In this document: piece after piece, positions 1-12,771 of the stretch | Layout of the letters: every line of letters begins with the position of its first letter | How positions within the stretch are numbered: the first letter of the stretch is position 1 | NCBI GenBank assembly: GCA_963845755.1 | Contig: CAWJTV010000029.1 | Coordinates: 224,001 to 288,000, forward strand | Direction: 5' to 3' | Source of the DNA: an uncultured Planctomycetota bacterium | GTDB lineage: Bacteria > Planctomycetota > Planctomycetia > Isosphaerales > Isosphaeraceae | DNA length: 64,000 bases | Program-made: the position numbers and the translations under genes | The notes under the pieces: model-generated | What the model saw: only the letters and a program-made list of their open reading frames with translations | Told to the model about the DNA's origin: nothing | The model's database searches: none

Positions 1-919
<919 letters not shown>

Positions 920-1660
920 GGATCCCGTTGTCTTTCGGGGATCGATCGTTTCGACCGCCCACGACCGGCGGAACGGTGCGGTGGGGCCTCCGGGCCGGCG
1001 ATCTTGCCTGGCCCGACCGCTCAGCTCCTGCTCCGGCCGTGAGTAAACTCTCCTTCAACGAAGTGCGACTCTCCCTTCCCTGCATCCGGAGCCTCGGCGT
1101 GACAGTCCTGCCACGACTCCGGGGCTTCAGTAGCCCGGACGGAATCCTCCAGGGGCTCCTCTCCGGGACCAAGGTGCTCGAGATGAGCGGTCGCGCCGGG
1201 CTTCCCGGATTCTGCGATCGGATCGGATGCGCCGGCTTTGTGGGTCAGAAAGGATCGGGGGCGTGCTGTCAAGATCGCGGACAAGGGACACCTCCCCGCG
1301 CATCGCGGGTAGAACCAGGGCAGCTTGGGGTGAGTTTCCGGCCCGTATCGGGCCGTACTCGATTCTCTACCCGTCCTGCCCGCAGCCGGTCGTCGATCGC
1401 GACCGGCCACCCGCCCGGCCGACCTGGCCGAGCGTCCTGAGCGTGGCTTCTGCTCATCCCGCTGCTCCTTCGAATCCAACGGAGCGAGGCACCAGCAATT
1501 CGGGATGACGGACCCGCGCTCTTTACGATAGTCTAACGCCTCATTCGCCGCGCGGCCAGCAAGACCGAGCCGGAAATCGGGGCAGACCCGCTCGCGATCC
1601 TGGTCTCACCCAGATTGTTGACTCTTGAAGACAGCCAATCAAACGGGCCGTTTTGCGAGG

Positions 1661-2173
1661 ATGAGTCCTCCGATGCGAGTGGGAATCCTGTCCGATACCC
1701 ATGATCAAGTGACCAGAACCAAGGCTGCCGTGACCCGACTGCTGGATGCCGGCGCCCAGGTCTTGGTTCACTGCGGTGATATCACCATCCCCGAAGTCGT
1801 CTACGAGCTGAATCCGCTCCCAAGTTATTTCGTCTTTGGGAATTGTGACGAGGACCTCGAGGGTCTCAGGCAAGCGATCGCGGCCGTAGGAGGTACAGCG
1901 CTTGAACGCGGAGGGTTGATTGAACTGGCGGGTCGCCGCCTGGCGGTCACTCATGGCGACTCGGACCGAGAACTCCATCGCCTCGAGGCCCAGGAACCCC
2001 ACTATCTGCTGACCGGCCATACACATCGGGTGACCGACCAGAGGCGCGGCTCGATGCGATGCATCAATCCCGGTGCGTTGCATCGTGCTCCTCAGTGGAC
2101 CGTCGCCTTGCTGGATCTCGAATCGGATGAACTGAGCGTGTTGACGATTCCCAACATCATGTCGCGCAATTGA
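1661..2173 (+). CDS. YfcE/MJ0936-family metallophosphoesterase
   Basis: Motifs SDTH, HCGD, GNCD, VTHG, GHTH, INPG. Confidence 0.9.
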   Translation: MSPPMRVGILSDTHDQVTRTKAAVTRLLDAGAQVLVHCGDITIPEVVYELNPLPSYFVFGNCDEDLEGLRQAIAAVGGTALERGGLIELAGRRLAVTHGDSDRELHRLEAQEPHYLLTGHTHRVTDQRRGSMRCINPGALHRAPQWTVALLDLESDELSVLTIPNIMSRN

Positions 2174-2352
2174 AACACTCCCCCGGGCGAGCTAGCCGTG
2201 TTGACACCTTCTCGATAGAATCCCATAGACCCCTCAGACCAGGATCGCGACAGGCTCCCCGGCTGGTCGCGTTTTGTGTCCGAGACCTCTCGACGATGAG
2301 ACACCCAATTGATTCGGGTCGCTGTCAATACCTACCAAGACCTGGAGGGGTT

Positions 2353-3691
2353 ATGCGTCTTTGCCTGGTCGAAGATATGGCCGCCGGCGGACTCGAACCA
2401 CTGACCTTGACGCGTCCTGTGCATGAATTGCTCCTGGGCGCGACGACGCTCGCGAACAAGCTTGTGCGGGTCTTTGGGATCGGGCCTGGCCCGCAACGCC
2501 GTGGGTGTGTGATCCGCTCACCGCTGGCGGCCGTGCAGCGACAGCGCGATCCGCACACCGTGGTCAACGACCGCGATTGGCTGGCGCGGGGGGCGGTGAT
2601 CGTGGCCAACAGCCGTTGGGTTCCCTCGTCGGGCTTCTCGATACCCGATGATCCGGGCCCGTGGGTGGGCCTGTGCGAGGGGCAGCCGGCCTGCGCGCTG
2701 GTCGGCCCTGAGGACGCGGTCTCGCTGGAGCCGCAGAATGTTGAACGCGTGGTTCGAGCGAATCGCGGCCAGGTATGGAGGATCGGATTTCGGCGGCGAG
2801 TGGATCGCTCGCCCTTGGGACCTGGTCGCTCGCAACGGAGCCCATCTCGAGCGTGACTTCGCCGAGGGAGGGCATGGCGGAGTCACCAACCGGCACTTGA
2901 CCACGATGGCATTGGTAGGGCCCGCCGATCGGCTCCGCGTTCACGACACCGCCCGCATCGACCCCTATACCGTCTTCGACACGACGAACGGTCCGATCAT
3001 CCTGGGGCCGAACGTCTGGGTCCAGCCGTTCACGCGGATCGAGGGCCCGTGCGCGATCGCCGCCGACACCCAACTCTTCCGGGCCAACTTGCGGGGCTGC
3101 GTGACGATCGGGCCCCACTGCCGGATTGGCGGCGAGGTCGAGGCCGCGATCGTGCATGGATACTCCAATAAGTATCATGAAGGTTTCCTCGGCCACGCTT
3201 ATGTCGGCGAGTGGGTCAACCTCGGGGCGATCACATCCAACAGCGACCTGCGCAACGACTATGGTGAGGTGTCCGTCCCGCTCCAGGGCGACCCGATCCC
3301 GACCGGCCAGGCCAAGGTCGGTTGTTTTATCGGCGACCATACGCGGACCGGCATGGGGAGCATGCTCAATACGGGTACGTCGATTGGCGTGATGTGCAAC
3401 GTCCTGCCGGCGGGGATCCTGCTGCCCAAGCACGTCCCGTCGTTCACCGCCGTGCTTTACGGCCGCGTCGCTCCCGGTTTCGATCTCGAAAAGATCTTCG
3501 AGACCGCTCGCATCGTCATGAGCCGGCGCGGCAAGGTCTTCAACGAGGCCGAAGAACAACTCTACCTGTCGCTCTACGACCAGACCCGCCTCGAACGCGA
3601 GCGCGCCTTCCAGCGGACCCACGATCGGCGGGGCGATTCCTGGCCGATCGTTCAGGCCGCTCGGCTCGATCGGCCCTATGCCATTCGGTAA
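2353..3691 (+). CDS. Putative sugar nucleotidyltransferase / GlmU-like protein with hexapeptide (LbH) repeats; frameshift near 2745
   Basis: GGAGG RBS then MRLCLVED..LEPLTLTRPVHEL; second frame has LbH repeats, NKYHEGFLGHAYVGEWVNLGA and IGDHTRTG. Confidence 0.8.
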
Positions 3692-3773
3692 GACGCAGTC
3701 TCGGGCCGCGGATGCCTCCGAAATCCAGGAGAACTGGGCCGACGATCCGAGGTGACGCCGGGCATGGACCGCA

Positions 3774-3946
3774 ATGAGTGACCCATTGAGCCGAATCGGT
3801 GAAGTCCTTCAAGGGTCCTTGAGGACGACGAGCTCAGCATCACCAGGGACACGCTCTTGGAGGACGCCACCGCCGCCCTCGAGCCACTCGCCCGCCGAGC
3901 CGGTGACGACGAGATTCGGCGGATCGCCCTCCTCGAGCAGGAGTGA
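3774..3946 (+). pseudogene. Acyl-carrier-protein-like N-terminal fragment
   Basis: Adding one G in the GGG run near 3813 gives MSDPLSRIGEVLQGVLEDDELSITRDTLLED..., resembling ACP helix 1 and loop; the DSL phosphopantetheine motif is absent. Confidence 0.35.
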
Positions 3947-3975
3947 CGGCACGAGCACGAGGCTCCATTAATTTT

Positions 3976-4002
3976 TATCTAATAATATATTAATATTAGA
4001 TA
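3976..4002. promoter_or_regulatory. AT-rich perfect inverted repeat (putative operator/promoter)
   Basis: TATCTAATA-N9-TATTAGATA within an almost pure A/T stretch, ~210 bp upstream of the GT-C gene. Confidence 0.45.
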
Positions 4003-4211
4003 TGGCTTATGACGGTTGGGCAGTTCTTGCTTGCAAGATCTTGCTCGACGAGCAAACTCGTGCGCCCCGATCCCGCTCAACCGATCCGAGATGTCCGCGG
4101 ACTTGCTGGTTCGAGGCGGATCAATTAACATGCCCCTTTATCCTTCCAGCAAACGACCCAACCTGACGGCTCGTCTTCGTGATCGGCTCTCGGTGAGGGA
4201 GGGAGTCGCAA

Positions 4212-5927
4212 ATGTACCGCCTCTTTGCACGGGATCGCTCCTGGCCGGACATCATACAGCAAAATTATTATGTAATCATTCCCGTCTTACTCGTTTTTCT
4301 TTACACAGCACATTTGCTCTGGTTCATGATCCCGAATTCGCGTGATGTGACGAGCGAGTCATACGAGCCGATCAAGACGCTCAAGTTCTTCCACAGCAAG
4401 GGCAAGTCCTTCCACAAGTGGGGGCCGATGCCGTGTTTCGTATACGGGCCGGTTTACGCGCCATTCCTCGGTTACTGGGTGCTCTCGAAAGATGTCGGCA
4501 AGATCAGTGAAGATTACCCTTATGGCTTGAAGCGGCCGTTCGAGCAAATCGGGGCATTGATCGTGGCGGGGCGGGCCGCGGGCCTCGCCACGATGGTCAT
4601 CTGCATGGCCATCTACGCGGTCTCTCTCCACCGCTTGACGGGTTCGCGGCGGGCGGCATTCCTGGCGGTCTTGCTCTGCTTGGCAACGTCTCCCGAGATC
4701 CTCGGCACGGCCATCTCGACGAGACCGGATGGGATGATGCTGTCCTTCCTCATGGTATCGATGGCGGCGTATGCCGTGATCCTCCGCGACGGACTGAACT
4801 GGAAGCGAGGGCTGTTTCTCTCTTTGTTCGCGGTGTTTTCCATCTCCTGCAAGGAATTGACGGCCCTCGTCTTCGTTCTCCCCTATCTGGGTTTGGGACT
4901 CGCGGGCTTGATCCAGTCGAGTCGGGAGCCTGGGTCGAGGAGGGGGTTTCTCGCGAATTTCGGCTTCACGGTGGCTGCGGGGCTTCTCGCTTATGCCCTC
5001 TGCAATGTCGTCTATGCCCCCGCCATCTGGGCCGAACGGATGAAGTACTGGCTCGTCGGCGAGGGAAAGGATCCTGCGATCTGGGCCCCCTCGAACTACA
5101 CGAGCATGGCGTACCTGCGTGAGGCCCTGGAAGGGTTACTGTTGAACTTCGGTTACGGAGGGTTGGCGATCGTCTGCCTGAGCCTGTTGGTCCTCGCCGT
5201 ATTCCCGGTCAAACATCGAATCCTGCTTGTCTTGCCATCCCTGGGGTTCCTCAGCTCGATCTTGCTCACGGCCGGGTACATGCCTGCCTACTTCCTCAGT
5301 CCCCTGAACGTGACGCTGACGCTTCCCGTCGCATCGATGCTCGCGTTCGCCGACCAGCGATGGTTTGCGTGCGGCTCGCGGCTCATGCGTACGGTCGTCA
5401 CAGCCATGATGGTGGTTCTCTGCACCTCGAATATCCTGAACGGCAACTTTGCGTGGTTCTTCCTCTATTGCAGACCGGATTGGAGCACGGAACAGTACTG
5501 CTTGCGTTCGGTCGGTCGGAACGAGCTGATCCATACGGGGAGTTTCAACGAGATCAATCCGAATTCTCATCGACTGGAATACCTTGGATTTCACGTTAAC
5601 GAGCGAAGTCTTTTCTCCATGCTTGTTAACCGCGAAGAAATGCCCAGTTTGATCATCCTCCCCAAGCAAGGGAAAAAATGGCTTGATCAATTTGCGGAAC
5701 GCCCGATGCGCGCCAAGTTAGTAAGTAGCACGTTGGGCATCACGGTCAACCGACTGCCGGATCTGGAGACGATCGGCTATCGACTCGTCGAGACCTTGCG
5801 TCCCGAAGTCCCCCGGCTCCTTCAATCGCCGCTCGTCCCTCCTCCTTGGACGAATTACCTCGAAGGCTGCGAGCTGCTCATTTATCGCAAGGCGAGTACG
5901 CCAGCGGCCGGTCTTCCCGGCCCGTGA
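4212..5927 (+). CDS. Polytopic membrane glycosyltransferase (GT-C, ArnT/PMT-like)
   Basis: About 10-11 TM segments, acidic loop after TM1 (SESYEP), RPD motif, SCKE, soluble C-terminal domain; visibly lower GC than flanks. Confidence 0.6.
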   Translation: MYRLFARDRSWPDIIQQNYYVIIPVLLVFLYTAHLLWFMIPNSRDVTSESYEPIKTLKFFHSKGKSFHKWGPMPCFVYGPVYAPFLGYWVLSKDVGKISEDYPYGLKRPFEQIGALIVAGRAAGLATMVICMAIYAVSLHRLTGSRRAAFLAVLLCLATSPEILGTAISTRPDGMMLSFLMVSMAAYAVILRDGLNWKRGLFLSLFAVFSISCKELTALVFVLPYLGLGLAGLIQSSREPGSRRGFLANFGFTVAAGLLAYALCNVVYAPAIWAERMKYWLVGEGKDPAIWAPSNYTSMAYLREALEGLLLNFGYGGLAIVCLSLLVLAVFPVKHRILLVLPSLGFLSSILLTAGYMPAYFLSPLNVTLTLPVASMLAFADQRWFACGSRLMRTVVTAMMVVLCTSNILNGNFAWFFLYCRPDWSTEQYCLRSVGRNELIHTGSFNEINPNSHRLEYLGFHVNERSLFSMLVNREEMPSLIILPKQGKKWLDQFAERPMRAKLVSSTLGITVNRLPDLETIGYRLVETLRPEVPRLLQSPLVPPPWTNYLEGCELLIYRKASTPAAGLPGP

Positions 5928-5994
5928 GTCGTTCGACTGCCGCGAGAAGCGTCGATCCTGCGAGAGGATTGCCCGGTCCGGGTGTCCGGGTGTC

Positions 5995-7247
5995 TCAGTT
6001 CCGTTTGAAGTGATACCAGACGACGTTATGGGTCGCCCCGCCGACGGCGACGACATCGGGTATGCCGTCGCCGTCGATGTCGCCGCCGCGTAGATCCTGC
6101 GCGGCGATGTCGCGATCGAGCACCGTGCGGGACCACGTCTTCTTGACCTGGTCGAAGTCGTAGAGCGAGACTCGGTGATCGTTGCCGCGATGGCCGGCGA
6201 AGACCTCGTCGTCACCGTCGGCGTCGACGTCTGCGACCCACAGCGCGTGGCCGTCTGCCAGGGTGTCGTCGAGCACGGTCCGCGGCTCGATTCGTTGGAC
6301 GTCGGGACCCGGTGCGTGCGGCCGGCGCAAGGACACGAGGCGGACGCACACGCGATTGCCATGCCAGGGCTCGATTGTGGCCAGGAGGCGGCGTCCATCC
6401 TTCATCTTGCCGACATGGATCTCGCTGGCACCCCGCTTCCCCAGCGAGGCCTTATTGTCGGCCGAAGTAAGCATGTATTCATGCCACCGCGGTGGATCGT
6501 TCCCGGTGGGGGACGGGCGGCTCCCAGCAGGAGACCGCCGTGCCCAGGTCATCGGCCGTCGCGATCCAGGAACGACCGTCCTGAAAGAGGTTGACGACGT
6601 CGATGGCGTGCAGAATCGGCCAGGCGAAGATTCTCTCGAATTCCGGCAGGCCCTTGTGCCAATCGAACTTTCGAAAGATCCCCAGCCTCGCCGGATCGGA
6701 ATACGCCGGCGGCTTGGCCTCCGGGCCGAAGATCGGCGCGACCACCAGGTCGAGATGCCTGTCTCCATCGACGTCGCCCCATCTCAGCCGGTGGATGCTG
6801 GGGATTTCCGCGACCGGCACGAGCTTCCAGGGGGCATCCGAACCCTGGCCCTGGACTGCCAGGAGCAGCTTGCCGGTCGTCGGCCGGGTCATGGCGAATT
6901 CATAGGCGATCGCGATTTCCGCCTTGCCGTCGCCGTCGACATCGGCCGTGGCGCTGGAAATGATACCGGGCGTCTGCTTCCCGCTGGTCACGAGGCGCTT
7001 CTTCCACGTCGGGTTCTCGTACCATGCACAGGTACTTCCCCCGACCGCAACGATATCCGGTTTCTGGTCACCGTTGACGTCCGCTACCTCGACTTGATAG
7101 GCGCCCGGGAAGTTGTTGTCGATGACTCGGCGCTCCTGGCAGTAGGCTGTACCCAATAGGCAGGGCGGGCAGTAGGCCGCAGGCAGCAGGTAGTAGGCAG
7201 TCAAGACAATGACACGGACCGGAAACGGGGCGGGCCGGGCTTTCATG
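5995..7247 (-). CDS. Secreted FG-GAP/VCBS-repeat beta-propeller (aldos-2-ulose dehydratase propeller-like); frameshift(s) near 6490-6530
   Basis: Repeated ADVxGDGxxD motifs across ORFs 6479..7309 and 5995..6768; IHRLRW, TIEPWHGN, GHALW; N-terminal signal peptide. Confidence 0.75.
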
Positions 7248-7329
7248 GGATAGCTCCAGGTTCTGCTGGCCGAAACGAACGCTTCACCGAAGGACGAAAC
7301 GAGAAACACAGCATCGCTTCCTCTTACTG

Positions 7330-7480
7330 CCTAACGCGGCCTTCGGCCGCAACCCAATCGGGATTCCCGATTCGAGATTCCGGATTCCCGAAGGGGAATG
7401 ATCCGGGAATCCGGAATCGCGAATCCGGAATTCGGAATCCCCAGATGCGCGGCACGGCGAGGGATCCTCCGGAGGACGAC
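7330..7480 (+). repeat. Heptamer-built palindromic element, copy 1 (151 bp)
   Basis: CCTAACGCGGCCTTCGGCCGCAACCC leader, GATTCNN arm, GAAGGGGAATG core, NNGAATC arm, GGATCCT..GGAGGACGAC tail. Confidence 0.9.
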
Positions 7481-7488
7481 GCTACTGT

Positions 7489-8354
7489 CTACTGCGCGAA
7501 ACCCCACCCCTTCGGGACACCGGCTGTATTCTCGGGTTTGACCATGACCTGGGAGAGGTCAACATCCTGCTGGATCTCGCTCTCGGCGAGCTTGAGCCGA
7601 TTTTCGAGGTGTGCGATCTTCTGCTCGAGGAGCAAGACCCGAGCCTCGAGCTCGTCGGGACGGCGCGGCCTCGGAACCTCGGGATAGCCGAGCTGGCGTT
7701 GCAAGGCGGAGAAGAGGTACATCGGGTCGCGCCCCGATTCGCGCGCGCGATCTTCCCCTCCTTAACGCCGAACAGGGTTGGGAACTTGGGGGTGAACTCG
7801 GGGTTCAGACGTTGGCGATCCTTGACGTAATTCTCGGACCTCACATAGATCAGGTCGGCGAAATCGACGTCGCCGAGCCGGCTGCGGAGCGTCAGGATAT
7901 AGTCGTGCCAGTCTTCGTTGTACGACGGATCATCCGCCATGGCGGCCAGGCCCTGGGTGTAACCCAGGCGATTGCGGGCCAGGGCCTCGAATTGATACAC
8001 GAACAAGGCCGGGAGCGAGGGGTTCTCGGCCTTGAACTTGGCCTCCCGCTCCAGGATCAAGAGGGCCTGTTCGATGGCGAACCGGCTGATGTCGTGCTCG
8101 GCCTGGTTGATCACATGGGTCTGAAACGGCGTGAAATAATGACGAATCCGGGCCATGGCCGGTCCCATCAGGCCCGATCCCTTGATCTCGGTGTGGAGGA
8201 ATGAGACCGCCAGCGGCAGCCGGGTGGTCGAGAGCAGCTCCTCGCCGATCCGCGACAGGATGTCCTGGGAGGGCAGCCCGTCGACCAGACGCTCGCGGAA
8301 CGTGTGGAAGAAGTAGGCCTGCTCGATGTATTCCTCGCGCTCCAGAACGGGCAT
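7489..8354 (-). CDS. Conserved hypothetical protein; frameshift near 7730
   Basis: AAGGAGG RBS; coherent globular sequence; ...IARANRG continues as RDPMYLFSALQRQLGYPEVPRP with a coiled-coil end. Confidence 0.7.
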
Positions 8355-8405
8355 CGGGTGACCTCCTTCGCGGCTTCAGCGGTCGTGGGATCGTTGCGAT
8401 CGCGA

Positions 8406-10025
8406 TCAGGGAGTCACGCTGTTCGAAGCGGCTCTCCGGTGGATGAACAGGTCGCCCACGGCCGCCTTCATCTCGCGGTCCAGTCGCTGGGCGAGCCTGG
8501 CATCGAGGACGCTGCCGTGATCGCGGTTCGGGATGATCTCGACGACCGCGTCGCTGCCGAGCTTCATCAGGGACTTCTTCAACAACTGGACCGCCCCTTC
8601 GAGGTAGAAGGTATCCAGGCCCCCGGTGATCACGTGCAGCTTCCCCTTGAGTTTCGGGGCAAGTTTGGGCCAGTTCCGCTCGAGGACGAGCCGAATGTCG
8701 TAGGCCTCCCAGGCCTTGGCCACCTCGGGGTCGATGGCCGCGGTGGAGCGGTCCCAGAGCTTGCGCGGCCGGCCATCGCGGTCGATCGGGCTGAAAACGG
8801 CTTCGAACGAGCCGAGTTGGCCCCCCCAACCGATCACATCGTCCATCTTCGAGAAATGGTCGTAGAACAGGATTGGACGCGTGCCCATGCGCGCGATGGG
8901 CCGGCGATTCCCCGCGCGATCGCGGAACATGTTCTCGCCGGGAGCGTACAGGTCGATCTTCTGGAAGTCCCGGAAATCGACCGGGTCCGGGCTGGTGGAC
9001 CAAGTGCCGCCGAAGACGTCCGGATAGGTCACCTGGAGCCAGAGACTACTCCAGCCGCCCGAGGAATGGCCGTTGAGCAGCCGCGCCCGCGGATCGGCGA
9101 TTGCCGGAAACGTCTTCTCGAGATGGGGGATGAATTCCTCGATCAACGCCGCGCCGCGGGGACCATTCGTCGCACCATCGGCAAACACGTGGTGACCGGT
9201 ACCGCAATCCGGATCGAGCACCACTCGGATGAAGTCCTTGCCGGCGGCCATCCTCGACTCGTTCGCGAACCGAGACGCCATGAAGTGATCGCCGCCGAAG
9301 CCCGGGATGATGTAGAGCGTCGGACGCTTCGCGGGATGGCCTTCGTGGACCAAGTCCAAGGGGAGGATCACCGCAGCGCGGTGCATGATCGGTCGATGGT
9401 AGAATGCCGAGAGTTTCGGGCTCGGCAACGTAACCAGCTTGATCCGATCGGTCTCCGGGAACTTACGCGGCGGCACGATCTTGTCCACTTTCAGCGCGAT
9501 CGCCCCCCCCTCCCTGGGGCCGAGGTTGGCGTGAACGACCGGCCCGTAGGCATTCCCATCGCCATCGCCGATCCGATGGGTATCCCGGTTGAAACGAACG
9601 ACCGCCTGGATCGCGTAGCGCCCCGGCTCGATCTCGCCCAACGGTGTCGGGAATCCCACGGCCCGCGAGTCGATCCGCAGGGGGTTACCCGGTTGCCAGT
9701 CCTGGATCTCCATGGCGAAGAAGGGTTGCGGCCGGAACCAGTCGGGCCCGAGTCGCGGTTCCGCCGACGAGCCATCCGAGCCGAGCATCACATACACACG
9801 CGCCGTGATCGGCTTCTTGTGCACGATGGGCGAAGCGGTGATCTCGAAGATCGGGGACTGGCCATCCGGATCGACGCGTGCCTCATCGCCGTACGATCCG
9901 GCGCCGATCACCGCCAGCACCGCCAATGCGCGCACGATTCCCGGGAGCAGTCGAGTGGCCGGGAGAGCCGCTCGGCCCGGCTTGCGCGGACCGGATTTCG
10001 CGACGGCAAGGGGAGAGTCCATCAT
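8406..10025 (-). CDS. Secreted putative esterase (alpha/beta hydrolase, enterochelin-esterase-like)
   Basis: GHSSGG nucleophile elbow, TSPDPVDF, DTFYLE, DHG; hydrophobic signal segment. Confidence 0.8.
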   Translation of the reverse strand: MMDSPLAVAKSGPRKPGRAALPATRLLPGIVRALAVLAVIGAGSYGDEARVDPDGQSPIFEITASPIVHKKPITARVYVMLGSDGSSAEPRLGPDWFRPQPFFAMEIQDWQPGNPLRIDSRAVGFPTPLGEIEPGRYAIQAVVRFNRDTHRIGDGDGNAYGPVVHANLGPREGGAIALKVDKIVPPRKFPETDRIKLVTLPSPKLSAFYHRPIMHRAAVILPLDLVHEGHPAKRPTLYIIPGFGGDHFMASRFANESRMAAGKDFIRVVLDPDCGTGHHVFADGATNGPRGAALIEEFIPHLEKTFPAIADPRARLLNGHSSGGWSSLWLQVTYPDVFGGTWSTSPDPVDFRDFQKIDLYAPGENMFRDRAGNRRPIARMGTRPILFYDHFSKMDDVIGWGGQLGSFEAVFSPIDRDGRPRKLWDRSTAAIDPEVAKAWEAYDIRLVLERNWPKLAPKLKGKLHVITGGLDTFYLEGAVQLLKKSLMKLGSDAVVEIIPNRDHGSVLDARLAQRLDREMKAAVGDLFIHRRAASNSVTP

Positions 10026-10115
10026 GAATTGGCCTCGGTCTGGATCAAGAGTTGAGGAAAGCCCAGGACACCGTGATCGGGCCCGGATCGTAGTGCAAGT
10101 TCGTTGCACGGTCCT

Positions 10116-10712
10116 TCACCCGGCTCGAAGGTTGAGGTCGAGCAACTCCGGCACGGGCAGGAGCGGATGGTCGCGCAGGAGTTGCTCGCGGGTCAAGAGG
10201 GGCACCGGGGTGAAGAATCGGGCGGCCAGTCGGGCGGAGCCCATCACGCACTCCTTCTCCAGGACATAATAGCGATTGTACTGGTCGATCACCGCGTTGG
10301 CGGCCTGGAGTTTCATGCCGTCGAGAAACTGGACCCAGCGGTCATTGAAGCGCCGGACGGCGCCGATCAAGTCGCGGGCGATCCCGAACTGCTTGCGAAG
10401 CGACGTCGGCGATTCGGCCCATTGGGGCGGTTCGGCCTCGGAAAGCGGCCAGAGCGACTCGATGGAGGTCGAGAAGACCCTCGCCCAGTCCCCGGGGCCG
10501 GTCGCGGAGCGGGCCCACTGTCGCAGGCGGACATGAACCATGTCGAGTCGTTCGCCGCGTGCCCGTCGGCAACGTTCGGCCATGCGGCGCAACGTGTCTT
10601 CCAGTTCCTGGCCACGCTGCGCGAAGGAGGGGGCGTCGAAGAGGCCCATCATCTCCTTGATCTCGGCCTCGACCTCGCCCACGGTCGTCAGGGTCTCGTC
10701 CGGCTCATCCAC
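10116..10712 (-). CDS. Hypothetical helical protein
   Basis: 198-aa ORF co-oriented and closely spaced with neighbours; contains YNRYYVLEKEC. Confidence 0.65.
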   Translation of the reverse strand: MDEPDETLTTVGEVEAEIKEMMGLFDAPSFAQRGQELEDTLRRMAERCRRARGERLDMVHVRLRQWARSATGPGDWARVFSTSIESLWPLSEAEPPQWAESPTSLRKQFGIARDLIGAVRRFNDRWVQFLDGMKLQAANAVIDQYNRYYVLEKECVMGSARLAARFFTPVPLLTREQLLRDHPLLPVPELLDLNLRAG

Positions 10713-10743
10713 GAGATTCGACCTCGATGATTCGTTGCGGGTT

Positions 10744-12301
10744 CTACGTCCCGGGTTCCGGAGGCTCAGCGGACGTGGCCCGGAGGTTCAAGCTCCGCCG
10801 ATAGTGCCAGGTTTGCCGCTTGGGTCCGAGGGCCTTGGTGCGCTCGGCCCAGGCCCGAGCCACGCCTTCGAGAGCCTTTCGGGGATCCTCTCCCGTGAGC
10901 GCCGCCGCGCGGCCCTTGTCGAGATCCTCGAGGTAGCCCTCGGCGCCGGGGATCCGCAGCCCCGGGACGACCCGATCGGAGAGCAAGGTCCGACTGACCG
11001 CGTCCGACCAGAGTCGGGAATCGACGTCGGCCGCCGAGGTCGGATCGGGCAGGCCTTCGCTCATCTGGCTGATCCGGAACGGCAGCATGGGGAAAGACCG
11101 CTCGCCGCGAATCCGATCGGAGCTCTCGGGACTGGCCAGGTAGCGGATGAAGTCGATCCCCGCCTCGAGCTGAGAACCGGAGACTCCCCGACGGACTCCG
11201 GCCAACCAACCGCCACCATGGGGGAGATAGCTTGGTGCGTTCCGTCCCGGGGGTTTCACCCACGACTTGGAGGTCGGCTCGAAGACCCGCTCCGAGCCCG
11301 GCAACGGGGCCACGCCGAGCCGTTTGCCGTGGGACCAATTCGAGGCGCGTTCCGCCCGATCGATCAACATCGCGACCTGACCCGAATGAAACGCTGCACG
11401 GACCGCGTTCCCATCGAGCTTCTCCAGCCCCGGGCGGGCCCGACCTCTTCAAGGCGATCGCGCCCTGGAGGGCCTCGATGAACGGGGCTGTGTCGATGCG
11501 CGGCGTCATCTTCTCCGAGTCGAAGAGGAACGAGAATTGATCGGGATGCTGGCCCAGGCTGGCGGCCCGCGCCAGGTACGTCGCATTGCCCAGGCCCTCG
11601 GCGTCCGCGCCCAGCACCAGGGCGATGCCGTGATCGGGACTCCCGTCGCCGTCCCAATCGCGGCCCTCGAAGAACCGGGCCAGTGCATCCAGCTCCACCC
11701 AGGTCTTGGGCGCCTCCAGTTTCAAGCCTTTCTCGCGTGCCGCGGCGAGATTCGCATCGCGCTCGAAGGCGTCGCGGCGATAGATCAGCACCAGCGCCGA
11801 GCCGCCGATGGGCAGGGCCACACGATCGTTGCCATAGCGAGAGACCTGATCGCGGTAAGCCGGCGCGATGTCCATGTAATGAAAGCTGTCCTCACGTTTC
11901 GGCTCGTCTTCCGATCGGGCGCGTTCGCCGACTTCCACGGATTCGTCCGGCACCGGCGGCATGACGGTTTCATTCGGGATGGTCGCGAGGATTCTTGCAT
12001 CTACCAACGCGCCCAACAGGTGGGCCGGGAACACCAAGACCTCGACGTCCCCGACCGACTCCAGAGACAGCGGCTGCTCCCGGATCGCGATCTCGCCGTG
12101 ACGCGACGCCACCCACTCCCCGCGCTGCGCCTCCACGCCCTTCAGTAGTGCCGTATCTCCCAGAGCCCCGACCTTCAGCGTCAACCCGGGGAACGTCGGG
12201 ATCGTGGGCAGGGGGACTTTCGTCTCGGTCCAGCAGCCGGATGACGACGCCATCACGATCGCGAACAGCAAGCTGAAGAGAAACCCGCGCCACTTCCGCA
12301 T
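10744..12301 (-). CDS. ABC-type sugar extracellular solute-binding lipoprotein; frameshift near 11400
   Basis: Lipobox-like SSSGC; ALPIGGSALVLIYRRD, PKTWVEL, GGGWLAG, IDFIRYLASPE. Confidence 0.8.
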
Positions 12302-12771
12302 CGATTGCTCCGGCAAGCCTGGATCGCCTCGCGAAGATTCACCGATCGCGCCCGGCCCTCCGACGCGATGGACAGTTCCATCGTACGAAATCACAACGAA
12401 GCGGGTCAAACCGCGGGAAGCGGCCAGTGGCAAGCAGGCGATGGTAACATTCCGACGGGCCTCCGTCTCCATGGTCCCTCACACGTTGTGGCACAGTCCC
12501 CGACCATGCGACCTGGTCGCCCGAAGGTCTCCCGCTCACGACCCCGACGCGAGATCTCGGGTCGTGCAGACCGCGAACTTTGGAGACTCACGCCGAACGG
12601 ACGAGCGCGGCCGGGCGTCAGCAGGACCGTCATACTCATCTACGATGCTTCCGGGGGAGTTCTCCGGATCGAGACGAAATTGCGGTCTGCAATGATTAGA
12701 GCGCTTCGGAAATTTGCGCAGATTTTACTGATTCGAGAGGATTCGTTGATAAGGTGGTCTGCGCGGGCAGA

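Noticed and set aside
920..1620. Several overlapping ORFs between lctP and the phosphoesterase
   Set aside because: No motif, RBS or compositional support for any frame.
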